A DNA stretch of 64,000 bases, taken from the NCBI GenBank assembly GCA_030324005.1, contig JARDVH010000042.1:64550759-64614758 (forward strand). The letters are read 5' to 3'. A program made the position numbers and the translations under genes. How positions within the stretch are numbered: position 1 is the first letter of the stretch; the number at the start of each line of letters is the position of its first letter. Origin of the DNA: Negaprion brevirostris (Eukaryota). The notes under the pieces were generated by a model. That model was not told the origin of the DNA. It made no database searches and worked only from the letters and a program-made list of their open reading frames with translations. Shown piece after piece: positions 54,031 to 64,000 of this stretch.

Positions 54031-54137
54031 CCTCCGCCTTTAACCTTCACTTTCTTCCTGCGCCGCTTGCTACCCGTTTCCCGCTCCGAGCCGCTCAGAT
54101 ATCGCTTCAGATATTCCTCCTTGCTGAGAGCAGCCAT
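54031..54137 (-). CDS. BUD13: BUD13 homolog (RES complex splicing factor), first coding exon
   Basis: MAALSKEEYLKRYLSGSERETGSKRRRKKVKVKGG(G) matches the vertebrate BUD13 N-terminus (LSKxEYLKRYLSG..KRRKK..G); ATG in Kozak context gcaATGG; phase-2 donor GG|GTGAGG at 54030; lies in a CpG-rich island. Confidence 0.9.
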
Positions 54138-54170
54138 TGCAATCCCAGCCAACACCACCCTGACCCCCCA

Positions 54171-54405
54171 CCCCGTCTCCAGGGTAACAGCTCTGACTCC
54201 TCCCACCCCGTCTCCCGGGTAACCGCTCTGACCCCGCCCATCCCGTCTCCCGGGTAACCGCCCTGGCTCCTCCCACCCCGTCTCCCGGGTAACAGCCCGG
54301 ACCCCGCCCACCCCGTCTCCCGGGTAACCGTCCTGGCTCCTCCCACCCCGTCTCCCGGGTAACCGCCTTGGCTGCCCCCACTCCGTGTCCCGGGTAAAGG
54401 CCCTG
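54171..54405. repeat. 35-bp GC-rich minisatellite (at least 7 units, runs into a gap)
   Basis: Units start at 54171, 54206, 54241, 54276, 54311, 54346 and 54381; consensus ccccgtctcccgggtaaccgctctg(a/g)c(t/c)cc(t/g)ccca. Confidence 0.95.
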
Positions 54406-54505
54406 NNNNNNNNNNNNNNNNNNNNNNNNNNNNNNNNNNNNNNNNNNNNNNNNNNNNNNNNNNNNNNNNNNNNNNNNNNNNNNNNNNNNNNNNNNNNNNN
54501 NNNNN

Positions 54506-54737
54506 GCCAGAGAGTGGTGAATCTGTGGAACTCTTTGCTGCAGAAGGCTGTGGAGGCCAGGTCATTGAGTGTCTTTAAGACACAGATAGATAGGTTCTTG
54601 ATTAATAAAGGGTTCAGGGGTAATGGGGAAAAGGCAGGAGAATGAGGATGAGAAAGATATCAGCCATGATTGAATGGCGGAGCAGACTCGATGGGCTGAG
54701 TGGCCTCATTCTGTTCCTATGTCTTATGATCTTATGA
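54506..54737 (+). mobile_element. CR1 LINE 3' end
   Basis: QRVVNLWNSLLQKAVEARSL; same subfamily as 52085-52435. Confidence 0.9.
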
Positions 54738-56242
54738 TATTGTATACTGTGGATGTAAATATTTACCTGAAAAATATATCAAGGGTAAAACGTTTTAAAT
54801 AATTATCATAAAATTGTTTTACTTATCCAAATACAGTGCGTGGGATTTTTTGGCCTCCCTATGGTCTCCCCATTGACTCCATCCCATGCCTGGGAAATCC
54901 CACAAGTAATTGGAAACAGAATTTACTAGAAATATTGCAGAAAACTAAAACCAACTTTATCATCTTTAGACAAAAGATAAAGAACGATTACTGGGATTTG
55001 TAGCACACAAGTAATCCAAACAAGTCCTTTGTAGATGTTATTAGCTTTTAGTGAGCTATATCCACAATATGAAGCAATCATTCAAAGTTTGTAAGATTAA
55101 AAAGAAATCTATTTATACAGTTCGTATTGCCTTGGCACACTTCTGCTTCCAAAGAAAATCTAGTTCAGTGGCATGGAACAGGATTCCAGCTAGAATGAAA
55201 GAGCAAATTTTCAGCTTGGCCTCCATAAACACACACTTAAATGAACACTCTGCACATAGGATATTTCACAAGTCTTTTGTGATCAAATCAAGATCCTGGC
55301 TGACAATGTTAAAATCTTACATTTTATTAAGCAAAATGTAGGTGAAACTAGTAGTAGAACTTTACTGCCTCTCCTGCCCGTGGTCAAAGCAGAATGCTGT
55401 TCTGCGAGCCTCGCCTGCCCGGATTCTGGAGTGGGTGAGGCGGTAAAATTCCAGCACAGACCTTAAATATAAAATACTGCATGTCACTCTGTAAACTTTT
55501 AATTTGACATGTTCTGGATAGAAGCACCATATCCCCTACATTAGTGTTCCTTGGTTTGCATTTTAAACTGCAGCACACAAGACATTTTCTGCAATCTTTG
55601 CTACAAATCTTTTTAAAAAATCAACTAAAAGGAAGGCAAGTTAATCTCTGAGGGACAATGCCTAGTGAATTAATTATTTAATATCATCTCAGTCGGCAAA
55701 GCACTGAAACGATCATTGACTTACATCAAGTAAATGAGTACATCAGCATGTATGACAAGAAAATACAACTGCAGCTCCACTAGAACATTATAAAGGATGT
55801 AAAGATCACAACAGAAGGAAGTCATTTAAGACAGGTTTAGAATTGAGATGGTCAGAAATGTTTTCAATGATATTAGTATGTTGCCCATAGCATTGTCAAT
55901 ATTCAGATAATGAACGTGATTCTAAATATATTTGTGTGTGTACAAAATGGCAGCAGTGACTTCAGGAACTTGGTCACAGCCTCAAGCTGCATCGTTACAG
56001 GCAACTTGGAAACTGCTGTGTGGAGGATTTTAATTTTAAACATCTACATAGGAGCATAGAAGGTAAGCAAAGGAGGAAGCCATTTGGCCCTTCAAGCCTG
56101 CTCTGCCATTTATTATGATCATGGCTGATCATTCAACTCAGTAACCTAATCCTGCTTTTTCCCCATGCATAGCCAGTTTCAATGTTAATTATTGACCTAA
56201 GAGTGTGATGAGAAACCACGCCAACAGGAATGTTGGATAACA

Positions 56243-56600
56243 GAAACAACTTGTAGTTACGTAATGCCTTTAACTTACTAAAATGTTCTGGAGCAATATC
56301 AAACAAATTTGACATCAAGTCCTGGAAGGAGATATTAGCGCAAAATGATCACAAGAGGTAGGTCTTCAGGACTGTCCTAGTGGGAAAGAAGGGTGTAGAG
56401 GTAGAGAGATTAAGGCGGGAGTTTCAGAGTTTAATGTCTTGCAGTAGCTTCCAAAGGTGAAGCGATTAAAATCGGGAATGGTCCAGAGGCCAGAATTCGA
56501 AAGATTGGAGGAGATTGCAGATGGGCAAGTCCATTGAAAGATTGGAAAACAAGACTGAGAATTCTAAAATTGAGGCAGAGTTACTTAGTGAAGGGTAAAC
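56243..56600 (-). mobile_element. L2-type LINE 3' fragment
   Basis: aacaacttgtagttacgtaatgcctttaac..aggagatattag..gggagtttcagagttt resembles an L2 3' end in reverse; flanked by CR1 tail pieces. Confidence 0.55.
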
Positions 56601-58157
56601 TAGGAATGGGTGTAAACCATTCGAACCCTCAAGCCTGCTCTGCAATTGAATTGGATCACAGTTGATCTGCACTCCAATTCGATGTCCCCATCTTTGCTCC
56701 ATGTCTTTGATATTCTTATCTAAAGAATCTCAGTCCTAAAGGCTTCACAGCCTTTTGTGAGTGAGAGTTCCCTTAGTGTGAATAAGTGATTTGTAATTTC
56801 ACTCCTCAGTAGTTCAGATCTGATTTTAAGATTATATTGCCATGATCCTGATTCCCCTACCAAAGGAAATATGACCCTGATCTTAGTTCAAAGAAGAGGA
56901 GGAAGCAATTTTCTGGTTGGAAAACCAGGAAGAATGGCTATCCCTCAGGTTGCCCTGCTAAATTTGGCAGGATTACCATTTTTTTGTCCATTTCCCAAGT
57001 TAGCCAGGTTGAAAGGCTGGCTGGGAGCTGGGCAAGTTGGCCTTCGGAAGAAGATCCAAGAATGGTGCAAGAAGGAGGGAGAGGGGGCTGGAAAGGCAGG
57101 ATTGGATTGGGTGGGATAAATTATTTTCCAGGGTTGGGGAGAGGAGGCCAAGATTGAGTAAGGATTGTGGCTGGAGCAGAGGAGAAACTAGAGGCCGGAG
57201 AGGAGATTGGAAGAGTTAGGGAGAAGATCAGAGGGGTCAGAGGGCTGTCTGATTGCCGGGGAGTTGGGGGAGGAGCTGGAAGGTGGGAAATGGTAGAAGT
57301 GAATCCAGCAGGAAAGTAGAAAGACACCTCCTGGATTCAGTAGGCTTCACCTGCCTTTAGCTGCCAGCTTTCTCAATATCTGGACAACACAGCCAGCAAG
57401 AATTACATTTAAAAAGTGATGTTGAGTGCTTAATTCTGAGCACTCAACATCATTATACTTTTTAAATGACCAAAATTTCTCCAGTGACTGGGTTGGGTGA
57501 CTGTTCCCCCACCACCCCTCTCTCTCCCCTATTTATTCATCCAACACATAGTTGAAACTGGTGTGGGCAGGTTGCAGATGGGTGAGCATTAGTTTTCAGA
57601 CTTTTTGCATTCTTATATCCCAGCAAACCTAAACTCTGCCATTTTGGGGGAAGCTAGAATTGTCTTCAGAATTTCTGTAAAAATCCTATGAACTCCTTTG
57701 ACATTTTAAACATGTGATCAAATCCCCCCCGAAATTTATTTTGCCAAGGAGATACAAACTAAGCCAATGCACCCCACCTTCAAAATTTAATGCTTCAAGG
57801 CCCAATCTCATTCTGGTGCACTCATGTTGCACCCCATCCAAAGCTATCTTGGGCACAGTGCACAGACTTAGTGCAGTACACTAGATGGAAACTGACTAAG
57901 GCTCTATACAAATGAAATATGCCTTTCTCCCTTTTGCACTGCTGTTCCTTTGAGACACTCGTCCCTCAGTTGGGCTCATAGAGCCAGGTGGTTTATAAAA
58001 ATCTTCCAATATGAGCTTTTGCATAATTTATAAGACATTTTGTATTCCTTTTGCAGCTTTTAATATTTTCGTTGTGTCTCTTTTGTTGCTTTCTATAACT
58101 ATGCTGGATTCCCTGGATTCAAGGTTTTCTCAGCATTAATGTGAGCCTCTTCATTGT

Positions 58158-58620
58158 GTGTCAGCTGTGGTTCAATTGGTAATATTTTTACTTCTGAATC
58201 AAAGGGTTCTGTCCTGCTGCAGAGCTTGAACATAATATTAAAGGAATATAGCTTTGATGCAGTTGCTGTTTTTTTTGGATAAACTCTTGTATGTGATCTT
58301 ATCACAGGCCTTATGGAAGTCCATTTAGATAGCATTAAACTAAGGCTTAATCTGTGTCTAAGATGGGCGTTAAAGATCCCATGGCCAAAGAGCTGAGGGG
58401 GGTTCCCTTCGGAGTCCTGACAAATATCTATTCCTCAATTAACATCACAAAAACAGAGCAACTGGGCATTATCACATTGCTGTTTCCGGGAGCTTGCTGT
58501 ATGCTAACAGGCTACTGTACTAATCACAACAGTGATTACACTTCAAAAACACTTCATTGGCTGGAAAGCATTTGGCAACATCCTGTACTCATGAAAGGTA
58601 TTACACAAATGCAAGTCTTT
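58158..58620 (+). mobile_element. Deu-domain SINE (SacSINE1/AmnSINE1-like), near full length
   Basis: tRNA-like head, taaagatcccatggc, Deu core attatcacattgctgtttccgggagcttgctgt, and 3' end cacttcattggctggaaagcatttgg..aaatgcaagtcttt. Confidence 0.8.
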
Positions 58621-58756
58621 GGGTAGCATTTTCCAGTCTGGTCCGCCGCAGGACTGGAAATTCCTGCCTGAAGTCAACAGATCTTTAGCTGGTCCATCAA
58701 ATTTTCCATCCTGCTCACTACAATTCCTATGATGGACAGGACTAGAAAATCCTACC
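58621..58756. mobile_element. MITE (Harbinger-type TIRs)
   Basis: gggtagcattttccagtc ... ggactagaaaatcctacc inverted termini. Confidence 0.7.
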
Positions 58757-59956
58757 TTTACTTCTGGAGCATTATACAGTATGTTATTTCACTTGACTGC
58801 ACATGTAGAATTTATGCTCTCCGGGATATGTTTTTCTATTGTGCAAAATATTTCTTTGAGTATCTATCACTGTTTGTTAGTGGATGTAGTTGCTAATAGC
58901 TCAGTACAAACGAATGGGTTCAGCTTACATTTTATTTCTTCAAAGTAAGCCTTAAGTTAAGTTCTTGTGTGTGTTCTTCCTACTCTTCAAACATAATGCC
59001 AAATTCTGGGGTGATCTTATCAGAAGATGGCAAAGTATTGTTAGTTCTGGCAGATAAAATGGAGTGTTTCCAGAGAAACAGGTCAGTTTATTCTTCAGAT
59101 CTTCTGACACTCTATCAAAAAAACCCAGGTAAGCTAGTGTCACTCTGTCATGTAGAACAGCGGGGCCTAAACATGCTGGTAAAGCCTGGCTTCACTGAGA
59201 TCAGGCACCATGTTTAAAGGCCGGTCCGATCAGACGAAAAAAAAATCTCTCCCTCCACACTCCATCACAGAGGTCCCAGATGAGCCCCANNNNNNNNNNN
59301 NNNNNNNNNNNNNNNNNNNNNNNNNNNNNNNNNNNNNNNNNNNNNNNNNNNNNNNNNNNNNNNNNNNNNNNNNNNNNNNNNNNNNNNNNNNNNNNNNNNN
59401 NNNNNNNNNNNNNNNNNNNNNNNNNNNNNNNNNNNNNNNNNNNNNNNNNNNNNNNNNNNNNNNNNNNNNNNNNNNNNNNNNNNNNNNNNNNNNNNNNNNN
59501 NNNNNNNNNNNNNNNNNNNNNNNNNNNNNNNNNNNNNNNNNNNNNNNNNNNNNNNNNNNNNNNNNNNNNNNNNNNNNNNNNNNNNNNNNNNNNNNNNNNN
59601 NNNNNNNNNNNNNNNNNNNNNNNNNNNNNNNNNNNNNNNNNNNNNNNNNNNNNNNNNNNCCCATCATCAGCCCCTCGCCCCAAACCCCAACACCCTGCCC
59701 TAGCAAACGATCATCACCAGTAGACCCAGCTCCCATCTCACATCAGTGAGGTTTGAAATTATGATGAAAGGTCAATATTTAGTGGAAGGGGTGTTTAATT
59801 ATACCAAAATACATTAAAATGTATTCACATCAGCTTCACACCCTTTGCAGCAAGGGGGAGGGGTGGGGGGGGTGGGTGTGAAAATTGGTAATCACGGTCA
59901 GCATTGGTAAGATGGTGGAATGTCGAGAGTGGGAGAGTTCGAGATCCTGCCCTCTA

Positions 59957-60695
59957 TGTGAGGGTGATGAAAATATTATTATTTTAATATTTTGGGATCT
60001 ATTGTGTTATTCTGTGAAGTTGACAAATGGTGGCTGTGTGTGTCAGTATGTATGTGTTTGCGTTTGTGACTAATTTAATTAAATTGAAGACAGTTGGTTG
60101 AAAGGTTTAGAACATCAAAGGAGCTTGATGTGAAAGGCAGGCATTTGATGTGAATAAGGCTGAATTGGATGCTGTACAGGTAAATAAGACATGGAAAGAC
60201 TTTTTCATTGGCAGATAAAGAAGGTTTTTTGTGTTTAGATGTCAAGCTTCAAAAGGAAGTTAAAAATAATTTACAATTGGGAAAGGGACATAAATAAATA
60301 AGGCAATGTTATTAAGTTTTACTTTCCAAGAAAGCGGTAGGCATAAGGAGAACATAGTCACATATATGTCCCGGGAAAAGTAAATTTCAAAGACAGATAA
60401 GGACAATTGGAAAATATGAAATTGAAAAAAACATACCTAAAGAAGTGTTGGGAGCTGTGTTGGAGAATGGCCATGTAAGACATCCTGGAGTGTGCTGTGC
60501 TGGGAGAGAGCTATGAAAAGAAGCAAAGTGAAGCAGTTTTCAGCCAACCCAGAGAAAAGTCTGTCTATTCTTTCAGAAAGCAAAGTTTTGTTTTAATTTT
60601 TTGGAATTTTCCACAGCAGAGTGGAAGTGAGAAGAGCACTGGGGCATTCTTTACCTGTGTTTGTCTCATCCTTATATTACTGGAATTTGTATAGA
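59957..60695 (+). mobile_element. Possible LTR fragment
   Basis: TG start and a purine/AT-rich composition resembling shark LTRs; no partner LTR seen. Confidence 0.3.
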
Positions 60696-63600
60696 TCCTA
60701 GGGGAGATTTTGAGCCTGCCCTTTTCACCTGCGGTACATGCTCAAAATCCGGAGAGATGATTCGCACTGATGAGTTTCCGAGTGGTGTAAAACACATGTA
60801 TCATCAATGAGCACTCTCTCTGGGACCTCCACCCTTACTGGATATTCATTTACAACAGGTTCACCTAGACATGAACCTGCCATGGGGATTTCCCTGGAAT
60901 GATAAAGTGAGTATAAACCCTTTGGGGAAGGGACATGCCCAGATAGTGGCTAGGTAATGCCCTATGGCACTGCTCCTCTATTTTCATACAGGAAAATACA
61001 AATGGAAAATAGTTGTGTTGGCTTGCCAAGTTTCCCTTTAGCATTTGATTAGCATAAGACTTACAATCTGCCAGATCATAACAGTGCGCAATGATGCTCC
61101 AAAAAGTGGGTGGGCTACCTGAAATCTTCCCCTGTCCATTGTAAAATGGGAGACCCATCAGGGTGGGCAGGAAGGCAGTGGGATGGCCATGCACTGCATT
61201 TTATGAACTCTCCTACTCTTCCCTCACCCAACTGCTAGCTTCAAACATGCCACTCCTAATATTGCTTAGAGTGTTCCATAAAGCAAAACTCCATTTTCAG
61301 TCACACATTCATTTCCTTATCCTGTTTCTGTCTGCCTATTCTTATGTCCAGTCAAGTTTCACCGAGAGAAAATCCTGGAAACTAAGATGTAAAAGATCAG
61401 TTTTCACAGTTAGAAGTTATTTAGATAAAACCAAGAAATTTGTCCAGGAAAAGTGCAGGTTGTGCAGGTTAATGTTTATTTCATTTTTTCCAAGGAGAGG
61501 AGTTTAATTGAATGAAGAAAGTGGCATTTTTTTCAATAGTAACTCAGTATATATACTCACTTGTTGCTTGTAAAGCAGCTGTGCTGTCTCACTAACGTGC
61601 TTATTGAAAGATTGGAGAAGTAATCATAATAGCACACGTTAAAGACACAAGGGATGAATTTCCTTGGGGCTTTTCCCTCTCTGTCAACTAACTGCAACAA
61701 AAATCTTGTTTACATATGGAAAAGAGGGTTCTGCCAAAATCACAGGAGCAGAGCAAGAGAACCCCTTAGCAAATAGCTGTGCGTCAAATAAAACACGCAT
61801 TAAAAACATTTTGTCATTAGCAGCATGCATCTTTTCAGGACGACATAGAAATTCAGTATCTTTAGTACCAAACAATTTTGAATACAATGCAATAATAGAC
61901 AGATTTACATTTTACTTGAGTTCTTTGGACTTAGGTAATTATAATATTTAATCACATAATTGTATGAGGACAATAGCTCGCCATCAAAATTGAAAACACA
62001 CAGATCCTTGGTCAATTTGTTCTGATTTTCATTTTTATGGTTTATTAGTTTCAGGCCTTACAGCAGAGAGGCAGCAGGGAATGACAGCAAAGGTATTTTG
62101 CAAATCTGCTGCATAATAAGGCACAGGGGTCCTCCCCTCATGGGAAACTGTAAATTCAACTCTCTAATCATGTGTCGATGGACATGCTGCTATTGCCATG
62201 TTTTTACATTGAAAAACTAGAGTGGAATTATCAAATCCTCATTGATCTACAGGAAGCTTCTGTTGCTGGGGTACAATGTTGCTTTGTCATGAGGTGCTTC
62301 TGCAAGAGTTCACGTTTTTCTATTATCTGGTTTCCTCTTAACTCTTTAAAGAGAAAAGAAATTTAACGACTCTGTCACATTTATAATTAATAAAGAATCA
62401 GTATTGGCTCAAAATAATGACTGCGCAATCAAATTTGCAGCACCTTCACTAGCATCCTTTGTTCATGTATATTTAACTGTGATGCTGTTGCATATTATAA
62501 AATCATGTTTTCTTTATCAAAAATAAAGGCATATTTGTGCTTTCTTCGAACAATTAGTCGAATGTAATTCAGTTCATCTTTTTTCCCTTCATGAACATTG
62601 ATTCTTGTCTGTAAATGAAAAATATTAAGGGGTTTTTTTTGTACTGTACTGAATTTATTCACCATTGAAGAGTTACACCGAGGTCACTGTAGATTCCGGG
62701 CACTAGGTAAGCCAGACTGAAAAATAGCTGGGTTAGGATCATTTAAGAAATCATAAACAAGCAATGCTGAAGTTAGTAGTGAATTCATTTTGCAATTTTA
62801 TTTGAATGCAATCTTGTCAAAATAACAATAGCTTAATGGAGAAACGCCATCACGGTTTCAACATTTGTTTGCAATGATACATCATGATTGCCATGCCAGA
62901 ATAACATTGTACTGTGACTGTGGAAGTGCAGGGCACTTACTTAAGGTCCACCCATTCATGTCACTTCAAATATGTCATTCCATGTGTAGTGTTATACATG
63001 GTCCAATAGTCCATAATGCCTGCAGGAATTGCCACTAAATCCACAGGAGAACAGTCTCAAGAACTAATAATATATTATTCCCAAAATGATCCTGTTAAAA
63101 ATAATTATGTATGATCAGATATATTCCCCATTTTTCATCTGTTTCCTTATAGGGGAGCGTGGGTTGGAATGTTCTTGGGAATACAATGACCCAGCCTCAC
63201 TGTACAAGAGCTGCGATGATCCTGGTTTATCTGATGTATTCTGTCAGCCCAGCAGAAAGTGCAATCCTCTGCACATTAGACATTCTGACTGAGTGGGTTA
63301 CAACATTATTTGTGGTGCTGCCTCCAGGAAATTATTGAAAGTAAAGTCGCTACCCTTTTAGAGCAAATGAATTTTAGTTTGTAATTTGGATGCTTTCTAG
63401 CATTTGTATCTGGCGTAGGTGTCATTGAAAATGTTAGCTGCGGTAAAATTGCAAATGTGTCATAGACATCAGAAGTCACAGGTAGCCGACTGATATTTGC
63501 TGTGTACTTTTCTATGTTGTACTTGATTACACCTGCATTATATACCCATGAGTTTATGAAGAAGATGGCCATTTTATTTTTTTAAAAGAAGCATGGAATA

Positions 63601-64000
63601 TGGACAATTTACCTTGACAAGATGGACGCCAAGTAGTCAGGTGATCATTGTGTTTTCCAAACAGACAGGCACTGACTCATGCTTGGACACGTCCATCATC
63701 ATTAATACAGAGTCATAGAGGTTTGCAGCATGGAAACAGGCCATATGCAAGCCACTTTCCCTGGTGCTGATGACTGTTCCTCTTCAGTTCAATGAAAGTG
63801 ACTCAGAGTAACCATACCTAATAGACTTGCTGGTCTCATGGGGTTGGAAATGCAAATACAGGAACTTGAAGGCTATTCATAACTGGAATGTTGATGAGTA
63901 TGGCAAAAACATTCCCCATTGATGGCAATTGCTTAGCCCACCAAACTCTTTGTATGATCAAAGGGAATATTGAGACTGTGGCCTCATGACTGAAACTAGT

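Larger units (their letters stand above)
53930..54405 (-). promoter_or_regulatory. CpG-island-like promoter/5' region of BUD13 with X-box-like and GC-box motifs
   Basis: The only strongly CpG-rich stretch in the window; repeated GTCTCC(C/A)GGGTAAC and CCCCGCCC motifs lie directly upstream of the ATG. Confidence 0.55.

Noticed and set aside
54171-54405. CRISPR-like or coding interpretation of the 35-bp repeats
   Set aside because: Units are head-to-tail without unique spacers, there are no cas genes, and the context is eukaryotic; the period is not a multiple of 3 and the repetitive ORFs merely reflect GC-richness.
58969-59134. ORF followed by a cag|gtaagc donor
   Set aside because: No clear acceptor and no recognisable protein; insufficient support.

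Overview
Eukaryotic, repeat-rich genomic DNA from a gapped scaffold. The repeat families present (HE1-type tRNA SINEs, Deu-domain SINEs, CR1/HER1 LINEs, Penelope-like elements, Harbinger transposons and MITEs) point to a cartilaginous fish, probably a shark; this is inferred, not database-confirmed. Much of the window is decayed, often nested transposable elements: two large Ty3/Gypsy remnants, a Penelope RT/GIY-YIG element, three Harbinger transposase remnants and many LINE/SINE fragments. The only host coding sequence I recognise is the first coding exon of BUD13 (54031-54137, minus strand), in a CpG-rich island behind a 35-bp minisatellite of RFX X-box-like and GC-box motifs. I found no further BUD13 exons, and the flanks suggest this segment may be a chimeric assembly join. 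Other points of interest are an inverted-repeat Penelope-type unit carrying minimal hammerhead motifs with a compensatory U3-A8 core, a strong 22-nt micro-exon candidate of an unidentified gene, and SINEs sharing one head but carrying two different tails. There are no prokaryotic features, and I cannot support a wholly new biological system. Repeat boundaries are by eye and approximate.
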